This document shows positions 24,821-37,300 of a stretch of 64,000 nt of DNA, one piece after another. The notes under the pieces were generated by a model. The model did no database searches. It saw nothing but the letters and a program-made list of their open reading frames with translations, and was not told the origin of the DNA. Location: the NCBI RefSeq assembly GCF_021028975.2, contig NC_059439.1:23746001-23810000 (forward strand), written 5' to 3'. The DNA is from Sphaerodactylus townsendi. Taxonomy: Eukaryota. The stretch's first letter is position 1; every line of letters begins with the position of its first letter. Made by a program: the position numbers and the translations under genes.

Positions 24821-25136
24821 ACTTTTTGATAATACTATGCCAATGTACATACTATAGCACACTGTTATTTGGCTTTTATACCTAGTCTAAACAAGAGGTT
24901 AGTGTACATAAGTATTTGCTGAATTAAAGTGCTATTCCAGCAGCTATTTACAGGTAAAAAAGGAGGAGGAGTCCCCCTTAACCACTTATAGAGGATAAAG
25001 TGGAGCTCATGTGTTCTGTATAGACAAATGTCATGTGTGATTGGGAACACTTGATGAGATGAAGTCGTAGTCATAGTCGTCGCCACCGTCGCCATCATCA
25101 TAGTAGTAGTAGTAGTAACAGTAACAGTAACTTTGT

Positions 25137-25363
25137 ATTGTCGAAGGCTTTCACGGCCGGAATCACTTGGGTGCTGTGTGGTTTCCGGGCTGTATGGCCG
25201 TGTTCTAGCAGCATTCTCTCCTGACGTTTCGCCTGCATCTGTGGCTGGCAGTTGTCCCCTTTTAAAAGATCCTCTGAAGATGCCAGCCACAGATGCAGGC
25301 GAAACGTCAGGAGAGAATGCTGCTAGAACACGGCCATACAGCCCGGAAACCACACAGCACCCA
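25137..25363. mobile_element. Penelope-like element terminal inverted repeat (pLTR) insertion
   Basis: ~95-bp inverted arms; 14-bp TSD AACAGTAACTTTGT (25123-25136, 25364-25377); empty site in the sister copy near 23550. Confidence 0.85.
25270..25312 (+). ncRNA. Minimal type-I hammerhead ribozyme motif
   Basis: UCCU-CUGAAGA-U-GCC...GGC-GAAA-C-GUC-AGGA: intact catalytic core, stem I UCCU/AGGA, palindromic ACGU stem III; predicted cleavage after C25308. Confidence 0.7.
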
Positions 25364-27910
25364 AACAGTAACTTTGTTGTCTTGGTCATTGACCTTCACA
25401 GTCTCCTCATACTCAACATAATATAATTAAAACATACACAAAAACACCCAATAAAGAAAAAAATTAAGTTAATCCTAATACAAATATCCCTGTCAGATGA
25501 TAAAAACACATTGTCATTGCACCATATGTAGCCTAATTCTTCTTGTGGCATGAGCAAAAAGTGCTACTCAGTTGGAAATGTATGGATCACCATTGGATAG
25601 TAGCCAAATCAGTTTCTCAGTGTTGTCAGTATCCCCCACAATTGGGAGAAGTTATTTAATATATTTAGTCCTTCTGTCATCATAAAGAGGACACTCCAAA
25701 ACATAATGTTGAATTTCCTCATCTGCCTCACTGCCACAAGTGCATCTGTAGTTAGATACTGGCATATTACTACATTGTATGCTGTACACTGCTGTTGGTA
25801 GCCTGGAATTTCAGGTTAGGAAATGCCATTCTGAAAATATAAGTTGGCAAATTCTCTAAATAATGTCCTTCTTAAAAAGTTTTTAAAAGGGGACAACTTT
25901 GCTAGCCTGGGTCAATACCCTAGAAATTCAGTAAAATTCAGATTCGGATTTATTCGAGCATAAAATTATCTGTATGCCCAAACAAGACAAATAACGTATT
26001 CAGATATACCAAAATATTTGGGTAAACCCGAAAGATTCGGGTCAGTCTGATTTTTTTTTGTATTTTTGGTGGTTTTTTGCTTTTTGTCATGGAGGGAAAG
26101 CATTTTTAAAACTAGCAGCACGAAAATTTCTGGGTATTGTCTGGAGACTGTTCTGGTGATACCACCCAAGATTGGTGAAGTTTGGCTCAGGGGGACCAAA
26201 GTTCTGGATCCTCAAAGATGGTGTCCCCATCCCCCATTGTTTCCAATAGGAGCTAACAGGAGATTATAAATGGTGACTAAAACATTTTATCCTAAGACAT
26301 AATGTTTATTGTTTGTTTCTTTTCTCCACCATATGCAGCCTTCTGGTTGTCCTTGGGCTAGTTTCAGTTGTCTAAGAACTCTCTCAGCCACACCTACCTT
26401 ACAGGGGGTTTGCTAGGGGGAGGGGAAGATTATTGTAAACTGCTTTCAGATTCCTTAAAGAAAGAGAAAAGTAAATATAAAAGCTACCTCTCTTTTTTCC
26501 CCTCAACAGCAGTAAATTGTTTCTCTTTGTTCCCAATGTCCTTCAATGAATTGTGTCAAGGAAGGAGGGGGGACTCCCCTGCCTCTGAATTAGATGTCTA
26601 GCAGTTCCCAAATCAAAAACAGTGAAAATACCTATGACCCACTTGCATAGTATTTGCAACTCAGTTTTAGGTCAGACCCCACGCTAGGAAACACTGATCT
26701 AACTTTCTAACTCTTACTTATTTTTCTGGCCCATTCTCCAAGGAGGTCAAAATTATAGCAACCTTGACAGATCACAGAAATATGGGATGATAAAACATCA
26801 GGATGTTTTAAGAATTGATGTTATGATTACTTTTATATCTCATAATAATCAGAGATGATTCTAAAGTTTAAATTGCTTGACTAAGTTTCCAGCCCTTTTG
26901 ACAGTAATATAAGTGATATTATATAAGTGATATTATATATATACAGTAATATAAGTGATATTATATATATTATATAGAAGCTTCTATAACGATGGCCCTT
27001 GCCAAATGCAGTTTTGATAATTATCCATATTTTAAAAGATGGGTTGCTTCCAAAGCATTACAGGAGGACATCCCTCCTTTCCTTTGTAGACCACACTGCC
27101 CCCCCCCAAAAAAAAACTTTGTGGAAAATGGTGGTAACCTTTCTGTTAACTCAGCCAGTTCAACTTTGCAGTATTCTCACATCAGAAGTTCCCAGAGGAG
27201 GTCACTTAGGAGCATAAACCATGTCAGTTGTGTTTGGTGAACAGACAGGACTCGGAATCAAGATCACTCCTTCCTATATGAATATAACTAAGAAACCACT
27301 AGTGCTGCTGATGAATCAGTAACGGAGGGGGATGACTGTGTAAACATTAGAGACTCCAGTAAGTTCAGAATATTTTATTCAAAAACTTCTGTTGGGATTG
27401 TGAAGGAGGAGACTAAGTGAATTTCTAGAAGTTCTTACTAATGCTAAGCCATTTTTAGAGCTCGATCATTTGGTAAGATTGTTGCATTTTAATGACATTG
27501 CTTGAATGCCATAGTTCCAAGTATGCAACCTGTATTGGATTCAGCTTGAGAGTTTTAAAAAGGTGCTACTGCCAATATCTGCCTTAGGAATCAATGGGAC
27601 GTAAAAGCGCATTAAAAATTGCTACATTCCATAGCTAGCTTCATATAGAATCCCGAGCTCTAACCAAATATTGCAGGCTTTAGATCACTTGGTTCACTTG
27701 TACAAAAGGTCGTTTGTTGTTGGATTTTTTGTTTGGTTTTTTTGCACCACTTTTCATTGAGACAGAAGTAAACACCATAGTCCAGTCCGGTCTAGTCCTG
27801 AATGCATGTATGCACATCTTCATAAGTGGATGGATGCCCACACGGAAATCAGCAAAGGTTGTTGATGTATGTGTGCCATGTATTCTTGTTTTTATGATAA
27901 GTTTAGTTAT

Positions 27911-28736
27911 TGTTGCCCAAAATTGTAGGAATCTGTCCCCTTTAGAGTTGGGGAAATTAGGAAGAGCAGACTCTTGGCTTAACAAGGGTTGGGCAAGTTT
28001 GGAATCTTTGTTGCCTGTGTATACGGAATGTTGCTTTCACAAGAGATCTTCAGGTGAGCAAAGTGAGTTTACATTTCTTATTAAAGGAAAAATAATAAAC
28101 GTACAAGCACACAATAATCAAAGCAACAGAACATACACATTGTCCTAGAATATAAACCGTGCTGAAGGGATAAGTTGGGAATAGCAGAAGAATAGTGGGA
28201 TATGGGTTATAGTCACCAGATCTTGGAGCACAAATGTCCAATGAAGAGAGCTGACCAATCTGCACTAGCTTTGGTAGAAGAAGGGACAATACGTTCGTGA
28301 CAATATCAGCAGAGAGATGTCCAGATATTTGGAACACTGGGTGTTGGGAGAGGGGGTTCCCTATAGTGAAAAAAAGGAACTCTCAAGATTCTGCAAAGCA
28401 ACCCTTCATCTCCCAAGGCAATGGAGAAGTTCAATTTTTGAGGGAAAGACAAGAGTGAAGTGATCAACTTGAGTGGGCAGTTGATCAGTGAAGTACTTGA
28501 AATTAACATTTAACATTTAGCATCAATGGGCTAGGCCAAGGAATGACTCAATATCGGCTGCAAAACAATTAGAATGTAAATATGGTTGTCCTGTGGAGAT
28601 AAATTAGTCAAAGGAGGCCGTTTTTAGATTATTGCATTACTGGCAGGAACATTTGGGGCAATTACCTTAGCAACTTTTTGTCTTAGTGAGGTTGATAGTC
28701 AAGGGCTGGAGATGGGAAGCAAGGCTCCATGGCAGA
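27911..28736 (-). mobile_element. Solo LTR copy 5
   Basis: Homologous to 307-1144; degenerate flanks GTTAT/GATAT. Confidence 0.6.
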
Positions 28737-29127
28737 GATATTGTTTTTGCAATAATCCCTGCAGTAAGGGAGTGGCAGTCTATTTACAAGGCAGATATAG
28801 GCAAGGGCAAAACCAGACGAGATTTACTGTCTTTGTGGTTGCCCTAGTCAATGCAGAGAATGGGCTCTTCATTTTGACAAGGCACTGCTAGACATTCCAA
28901 GTGTTGGCAGGAGGGGTAGAACTGGAAAACCGGGCTCCCCCAGCCCACCATAGTTCAGTCTGGTAACAGTATAGTTCTCAGAAGGCTTCTTTTCCAGAAT
29001 CCATATAGCTATGGACCCATTTATCTTCAGTGGTAGAATTCATACCATTATGTGGTTCTTGCTCTGGAACTGTACAAAGTAGTCTTCAATTCTTCTTTTT
29101 ATGTGTATTTCCTTTTTATTTTACAGG

Positions 29128-30081
29128 ATGTTGACTAAGAAAGAAAATATTCCACAGAATAGCACAGCACTATTTGAATTCATCCTTCTGGGTCTTTCTG
29201 ATGAGCCCAACGTGCAAAGCATATTATTTTCCATTTTTCTCGTTATCTATATCATCATTCTGGCAGGAAATCTCCTCATCATTCTCCTCACATTGCTGGA
29301 TCCGGCCCTTCACACACCCATGTATTTCTTCTTGAGAAACCTATCCTTTTTAGAGATCTGTTACACATCAGTCAATGTCCCAAAGATGCTTGAGAATCTT
29401 ATGTCTGGGAACAAGTCCATCTCTTTCCTCGGATGTGCTGTACAGACTTATTTTACATTCTTTCTTGGTGGTTCAGAATGTTTCCTCTTGGCTACAATGG
29501 CTTATGATCGCTATGTTGCTATTTGTAAACCTCTTCACTACCATGTCCTCATGAACAGCAAAGTATGCCTGGGTCTAGCTGTGGCATCTTGGTTAAGTGG
29601 CTTTTTTATGTCCTTTGGTCACACCAGTATGGTGTTTACCTTGTCGTTTTGTGGGTCCAATGAGATTAACCACTTCTTTTGTGACATTCCCCCATTACTG
29701 AAATTGGCTTGTGGGGACACTTCCGGGACAGAAATAGCTGTGTTTGCTGTAGCGATGATATTTGTAACTTTTCCTTTTGTCTTAATCTTGATGTCTTATG
29801 CTGGTATCATTGCCACCATTTTGGGAATTTCTTCTGCTGAGGGCCGAAGAAAGGCCTTCTCTACCTGCTCATCACATCTCATTGTGGTGATCTTATTCTT
29901 TGGCTCTGCATCCATTATATACTTGAAACCCAATTCAACTTATTCACCTAACACTGATAAATATCTGTCTCTTTTCTACACGGTGTTTAGCCCAATATTG
30001 AATCCTATCATATACAGCTTGCGGAATAAAGAAGTGAAAAGTGCCTTTAAAAGAATTTGGGAGGGAAAAGCTTTTGGCTGA
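29128..30081 (+). CDS. Olfactory receptor, family 10-like (unit 5), intact, 317 aa
   Basis: All canonical OR motifs; ATG after tttttattttacag|G acceptor. Confidence 0.95.
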   Translation: MLTKKENIPQNSTALFEFILLGLSDEPNVQSILFSIFLVIYIIILAGNLLIILLTLLDPALHTPMYFFLRNLSFLEICYTSVNVPKMLENLMSGNKSISFLGCAVQTYFTFFLGGSECFLLATMAYDRYVAICKPLHYHVLMNSKVCLGLAVASWLSGFFMSFGHTSMVFTLSFCGSNEINHFFCDIPPLLKLACGDTSGTEIAVFAVAMIFVTFPFVLILMSYAGIIATILGISSAEGRRKAFSTCSSHLIVVILFFGSASIIYLKPNSTYSPNTDKYLSLFYTVFSPILNPIIYSLRNKEVKSAFKRIWEGKAFG

Positions 30082-30284
30082 TCAAAGAGCATGAGTCTGT
30101 AGTGTGGGAGTGAAGATAGATAAGGTGACATTTGTCGCAGCCTATCGCTAAGGGATACATGCAGCTGTTTGACAAAAGGAAATAGATCTTATCCTTTCCA
30201 GCCTAATTAATTTAGATTCTCCATTTTTCTGAAATATAGTGTCTCAAATTAGTAGGATTAACTGAATTACAAACAAAATTGAAA

Positions 30285-30674
30285 GAGGAGGAGGCGTAGG
30301 AGGCTTGGCGTAGGAGGTTAAGAGCTCGTGTATCTAATCTGGAGGAACCGGGTTTGATTCCCAGCTCTGCCACCTGAGCTGTGGAGGCTTATCTGGGGAA
30401 TTCAGACTAGCCTGTGCACTCCCACTCACGCCAGCTGGGTGACCTTGGGCTAGTCACAGCTTCTCGGAGCTCTCTCAGCTCCACCTACCTCACAGGGTGT
30501 TTGTTGTGAGGGGGGAAGGGCAAGGAGATTGTAAGCCCCTTTGAGTCTTCTCCAGGAGAGAAAGGGGCATATAAATCCAAACTCCTTCTCCTCCTCCTCC
30601 TCCTCCTCCTCCTCCTCCTCCTCCTCCTCTTCTTCTTCTTCTTCTTCTTCTTCTTCTTCTTCTTCTTCTTCTTC
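30285..30674 (+). mobile_element. Squam3-like (MIR/Ther1-derived) tRNA SINE with (TCC)n(TTC)n tail
   Basis: A/B-box-like head TGGCGTAGGAGG...GGTTTGATTCCC; core GCTGGGTGACCTTGGGC; microsatellite tail 30584-30674. Confidence 0.8.
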
Positions 30675-31534
30675 TAAATTATTAAATGTGAAGGCCACCT
30701 TTTGTGCGTTTATGACCGGTGACCTGAGTTTGGGGTGGACCGAACCATATATTACATGGTGAATGTGGCATGACCACCATCAAAGGTTATGCCACAGATT
30801 ACTGGATTTGCTTGAAGAAAATCCATGTAGGATAGGGGATAAAGAAAAGAGGGATATGAGGTGAGAATGAATGAAAACACTGACTGGATCCAACACTATA
30901 CCATACAGAGGCCTCCCCCTGCTGCTATTTTTTTGTAGCTATCGACCAGCTGTAGTCTATCCTTTGATATATAGTTAACTGGGTTTAATTCCAGTTATAA
31001 TTAGCATGATACAACCACACATAATCATACAATGAATCATTGTTATAGGGTGAAAGCTGAACACATTTTGTGTTGATAAAAAAGACAGGAGGAAAATGCT
31101 ATGCTCGGGATTATAGGACAAACATGGGCAAATGCAGTATGAAATGTGGGCATTAGGAAGGAGAACAATTGAGCAAACAATTTGGCTACAGTTTTGTTAA
31201 ATAAAAATATTACGTTAAAACTTGCTCAGTTTTTATCACAACTTGGAAAAGGGTTTTTTACATTATGGAAAGGAACGAAATAGATTAGCACACTACCATT
31301 GCTTTGAACTACTCCCGAAAGTGCACATTCCAAATAAAGTTAAATGTTTAAATTATGGAACACCCATTTTGTGATTGCCATCCTCAAAAGGATCCTCTAC
31401 CTGGGAATGTAACTTTTCAAATGCTTTTTAAATGTTCCTTGTTAACATTTTCGTTCTAACAATTTTATTGCTAGATTTCCCTTTACAGTCATTTATTTTA
31501 CCATATTTTACACAAACAAATGTATGAATTCATG

Positions 31535-32245
31535 ATAGCCTTTATTGGCATTCCAAAATACAATAAATACAATAAAACAATAAAACAATTGTCCATAAAA
31601 GACAGATAGTTACGGCAGCCATTCAGAGTCTCATTAATAGTTTAGTCCAAATGGACTCATCAAAAGTGCCATTCCTATACACCTCTCCACAGACCTGACT
31701 GAAAACCCACCAACAGAGCCCAGGCATCACAACAGCATACAGTATCAACACTCCACTATAAAACACAGAGTTTGTTAGAGTGGCACAGAACAAGGGATAG
31801 GGGGCGAGGAAATGGGCAAACAATTGATTTGACTCCCATAGGTTGCCACAGCCTTCAGTTGTCACTCACTCTGTCTAGCAACCAATAACAAAACTACGAC
31901 ATCCCTCAATGAATCACCCACATTTGACTTTGGGTGACCGTGACCATGAACCCAAAGGTTGCTGGCAGAGGTAGGCACTGTGTGCCAGTAGCAAATAGTT
32001 AATGTAAGCAGCATTGTTGTTGTTATGATGATAGCAATCTAATGCTTAGTATCCATCCAGCGTTGAGTCTATAATCTTTAAAAGATATTTTGCTATGCTT
32101 TCGCAGAAGTAAGGATCAAGATTATCTAAGATTAAAGGAATCCTAAGAGCATCAGTTAAATGATTGTATAGAAGTGAAGCAATGATGGGTTGGGTCATTC
32201 TGATCTTGGCAAATCTTGCACAATGAAACAGAGTGCGTATGAATT
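31535..32245 (-). mobile_element. Decayed LINE 3' portion (RTE-X-like)
   Basis: Minus-strand tail ATGCCAATAAAGGC; degenerate coding remnants upstream. Confidence 0.5.
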
Positions 32246-32954
32246 GTAACTTTAACTATTCCATTTTTTTTTAAAAAAAAGATTAAAAATGACAAAACAA
32301 CGCATTTTAAGTACCAAACATGGAGAACTTCTCAAAGTAACTACCAGAAGGGGTGGGAGGTGGGGAATCATACAATGTCATCCTGAGCACCAAGGAATTG
32401 TTAGAGAAATACAGCTATCAAATCCAAATTGGCTAACATTCCTATCTTTGATTGCTGACACGATGATTTCATTGGGAAATGATGTCACAGTATAGACATT
32501 CTTCCCAGCTATTCAGGAAGCAGCCTGCAACTAAGAAGGGAGCAGGTACATAGCAATAAAAATTAATAGTAATAATAAATGTGTGGGGGAAACTCTTATA
32601 AACACAATTAATTCCTGTTCTCTGTGAGATGCTTCCTGGAGATCAGTTCAGTACTGAGAATCAGAATGTGGCATTTGGGGAGAAAGATGCAAGTCAGTAT
32701 GTCTGTGTGGCTAAAATGGCAAATGCTACCATAGCCACTGTGTTTTTTTCCCCTTGGTGCTCAGGTAAGCAGGAATAAAAGAGATCCAAACACAGCAAAA
32801 CACCACCATGTTGAAGGTATTAAACTTAGCTTCATTGAAAGTGTCAGGAAGTTTTCTCATGGGAAAGCTGTGACAAACTAACAATAGCTAGAAAGCCAAT
32901 TTAGACCAGAGTACAGTAGAATAGAGAGATGAACCCTTCATGGCATCCTATTAT

Positions 32955-33110
32955 TATTTTATTTATTTTATTTATTTATTCAATTTGGTAAACCGCCCTA
33001 CCCCCAAAGGGCTCAGGGCGGTGCACAACAAACAACAATACAATAAAACAAATCGAATAACCCCAGTTAAAATACAAAGCCTTAAAACTATAAAACTACG
33101 GCAGCAGTAG
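32955..33110 (-). mobile_element. L2-type 3' tail
   Basis: (TTTA)n then ACCGCCC...GGGCTCAGGGCGG. Confidence 0.65.
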
Positions 33111-33263
33111 TAGCCTTCAATAAATAATTTGATTAATAATAGACTATTATGATTTGCCTACCCTATGAATGGATGTCAACATCTCGGAAAGGAGGGGATG
33201 TCAAGAGCCGTTCAATACAAATCCCCATTTGAATAAGGGAACAGGAGAGAACAAAGGATTTGG

Positions 33264-34317
33264 TGTAACGACCCAAAGGACCCCCAAAATATTATTTATA
33301 TATATTTCTGCTTTAAAATCATATTGGCAAAAGTCAGTTGCCAAAAGCACTCCTATGGGTGTAGGTAGCAGCATGTCCAAAGGTCACAGGTCTGCTTTAC
33401 AAAATCTAATCAAGAGGATGAGTCACCCCAGCATAACCTGGAGGTCTCATTTTGTTTGTGGCCAGAAGCTTGATTACCTCACCTTGCAAAGATACTGTTA
33501 AAGACAAAGAATATGGAAAGCCACCTCAGTATCAGATTCTGCATTTCCCTATCTCTTCTGGAAACCAAGTCATCAACAGATGGTTGCTTCTCTGCATCTC
33601 CTCTTCCCATTGTTATGAATTTTCCTAAAGCACCCACCTTTCCCCGGTCTAATGTCTCAGCCCAAAATCAGAGTTACTTTGCATAAAGCCATTCTGTGCT
33701 TCCTGACTTAATCTAGGACCAATTGACTCCCATTGTCCCAAGGTGCAGAACAATAGAAGAGCTGATTAATGACCTCAGCACCACCCAAGCCCAGCATGGG
33801 AAATTCCAGAGAATTTAGAAAAAAAAGGAAAACTCACTAGCTCCCGCCTCTTCCTGGGCAAAAGGGTATAAAAGATCAGTTCACCCCAACACATGTGCTC
33901 TTTGCCACATGTGCTCTTGCTGTGGTGTTGAGACATGGATTCGTCCTTCATTGGGTTCCTGTGCTGGCATGGAATCCCTGCCTTCTACTTCTACCCTCCT
34001 AAGAATCGTTAGGTAAAGTATTTCCCTGAAAACCCCCCTCCATTTCTATCATCCAATCTATCTTTTAAAACCTTTTTTATATCTCAGGAACTTGAATGTA
34101 TGTGCCCTTGTGTCTTGCTGTGTGTGTGTATTTTTAAACAAATTTATATAAACATTTAAACTCAATTTGGACTCTTGCTTCTCTGTGGAATATCCATTGC
34201 TAGAATTCCTTCCCCGTAGATACAGTCTAAAAGATCTCCTCTCGGCCCCTCTCGCTGCCAACGTGAGTGTTCATTCCCCATTGATCTACTTTTAAAAACT
34301 ATATGTGTGCTGTTACA
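33264..34317 (+). mobile_element. Probable solo LTR (~1.05 kb)
   Basis: TGTAAC...GTTACA termini; TATAAAA near 33868; no clear TSD. Confidence 0.5.
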
Positions 34318-37300
34318 CTTTTTAGCAGCTGGTGGAGAATCCCTTTAATAAAATCCTTACCCCTGTTAAGGCCGTAACATTGGGTATTTTCATCCCCAAC
34401 CATTTCCTCATCCTGTTGCCTGGTTTTGTAGCCATGAAGGCCAAGACCACTATGATAGTTTTTTTGCCAGCATACAAGACAACGAAACACTGAAAATGAT
34501 GCCAAAAGACATTTGACAAAGAAGGCAAGTCATTTTCCCAGGCTTCCCAATGAATAACAGGGATGAAAAGTAGCAAAGCAAGACAGGGCTGAGAAGAACA
34601 CAGATGAGGTTCCACTTGTTGGCTTTGACAATAGGAATATTCTAGTTCCTGAGAAAGGTATCTATAACCAGCCCTGTGATCACAACAAACAAATTGCAAG
34701 AGGGACCAGAATGAGCCCTGTAGATTCTTCATAGGTTAGGAAGGCTTGTATACATAGAATACATAAACAAAAGATATTTAAAACAATAGAATCTCAAATG
34801 TTTAATGAGGTAGGCTGGTGAACTCTCATAGCATGCAGCAGGAACTTTGTAATCAATTCTATTATTGATGAGCTCTACATTGCCAAAGAAATGATGTTCT
34901 AGTTTTGTGAGATTTCCTCTTCCTTTTGGAAAGAAAGGGTTCAAAAAATTAGCCCAGATACTAACATAAAAAATTATCCTTCAGCTTCCAGAGAACAATG
35001 TCTCTGTCAGACATAGTCGATTTTTCTATAGATAAGAGTCATATGAATTGCAGTATTTGTAGGTGGTTCAGTTTGTTTGCTACAACTGAGAAAGACCTAT
35101 AATTTGTGATGTCAGAACTGTCTTTATGACATTAATCCAAAGCAGGTCCATGTTTTGCTGAGCAACTTCATTGACCATCTCATCCCACCCATGGATATAA
35201 TAATTTATCTAATTGCTATGTTAACACATAACCCAGTCTACCAGAGAAACACTAATAGCATTGATTACCAACTGGTGATATGGGAAGAAGTTGTCTCGTA
35301 CATGTGTTGATCCCGTGCTAGATAGGGTTGTATGGCTCAAAGCCAGCAGGTGTAGCAGTTTCAAATAACACTGGTGCCCTGAATCTCACAATAGTGGCAT
35401 CTATCAGCATACCAGAGATGACATGTGTGTATGCAACACTCCACTGACTATGGTCGGCTCCATAGTTGTATCAAAACCCAATGAATTAGAATACCATTGG
35501 CCCCACATGGTTCTAAATATCAGCTTTCTAGAATAGGAATCCATAGGGTCAGCTTTTACATATATATATATATATATATATATTTAATAATTTGGCCTTT
35601 AGTAGAAACATACTATGTAGAAGTAAGCAGTTAACTTGCTAACAAGGAAGGGATCAGCTCTTAAGCATACAGAAATGCGGTAGTATAGTACAAACAGCAA
35701 GGTCACCATTAGTGATCATAAAGTGTATTTATTTCCTCATTTTTGTTTAACAAAGTGTCAATTGTATGGTGTAAGCTAAGCAGTTATACTCTTTTAATTA
35801 AAACCATGTGCAATGTGTACCCTCTTCACTTCTATAATAATTCTTCAGGCAGGGAAACCACTCACTAACCAAGGCCTGTCAGATTTTCCTATCTTTTTTC
35901 CTTCGGGGACTGAGTTGCCTTCAGAAATGGTAGCATTTGGTGAGAAGAAACACTTTACTCAGCCCTGTTATGCTTCCCAGAAGGTGAGGAAACCTGTTGA
36001 CCTTTTAATCCTTTCCACGCCTCCACTCACTAGACATATTAAAATAAATATACTGAAGGAGAAGTAAGCTAAGAACAGTAACTCAGATTAATTTAACAGA
36101 CAGAGAAGATGGTAAAGGAAAAATATTAACTTGGAGTTGGATAGAGGCAAGAGAAATGAATGAAGGCAAGTGGAATGTATATACATTAATGACACAAGGA
36201 AAGCTTGACACAGAGGTTTCAAGTTTTTTTTATTTTTCAGCACAGCATTTAAGATTACTCAGTTATGGATTCAGTTTAGATGTTGGTTTCATAGATGTTA
36301 CTCAGGCCCTTCCACGCATGTACAAAATAATGCGTTTCAAACCACTTTCCTGACGCTGTTTGCAAGTGGCTTTTGCCATTCATACAGATTCAAAGAGCAC
36401 TGAAAGCAGTTTGAAAGTGCATTATTCTACATGTCTTGAGAATCAAACCTCAGTTTCTACAGTTCCTTTATCTTAGATGGTACTTGCTTATGGGTGTCAT
36501 GGCCTGGCTGCTGGTGAAGCCCAGGAAGCAAGCTGAGGTTAGCAACAGATCATGGTCTACAACGTAGTCTACAACTAAGCCACAGTTCATGCCCCACCAT
36601 ATTTATTTAATTATTTATTTAGTAAATTTATATACACCACCCTCCCCGAAGGAAGTGTCTTAAAATGTAAAACACTGCAGAATCAACTCTTTGTCCTTTT
36701 TAGTTTACTTCCATCTTAGTACACACCAGTTTTACTTTCACTTGCCATCTTAACTGCAAAAAGTGGAAACATACACAATAACTGCTGTTGCCAAATCACA
36801 AAAAAAGCCATATATATTGAAGGATCAGAAAAGTAACGGGAGTACATGAGCTTCTGTGAAACACAGTTAGAAGTGAACGTGATTTACAAAGAAGCTCATA
36901 CCCTACCAGAAATTTATTAGTCTTTCAGGCGGTGGGCGGGCTACAAGGAAGGGGGCTGCACATTGCCAGGTATGTACCTGGGGCGCGAAATCACCCCTGC
37001 TCCAGCCTGCTCCCCACCCACCCCACCTTGCCAGGCCTGGCCTGCCTGTGGGCCCATTTTCAACCAGCAGAAGGTGTTTTCTGCGTCTGGAAAAGATGAG
37101 GGAGTGGGGGGTGAGGCAGGGCTGCAAGGAGCAGAAAACACCAGAGATAAGCCCTGGGCATACTCCTGCCCAGCTAATGGCTTCTGCTTTCCAGGTGCTA
37201 CTAGACTTTTGCTCTTTTCCATTGCCACAGAACTAACATGGCCACCCATCATGTTTATCTATATTGATGGAGTTAAACATTAAACATTGTAGATGGCTGC

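Larger units (their letters stand above)
24259..25900 (+). repeat. Diverged duplicate of ~22725-24112 (OR 3' end, flank and LINE fragment)
   Basis: Colinear similarity with substitutions plus copy-specific LTR and Penelope insertions. Confidence 0.85.

Noticed and set aside
24865-25426. Mirror ORFs with the same peptide on both strands (also 40849-41215)
   Set aside because: A by-product of the Penelope inverted repeat; not genes.
30450-30762. Poly-Glu and poly-Ser ORFs
   Set aside because: Translations of the (TCC)n(TTC)n SINE tail.
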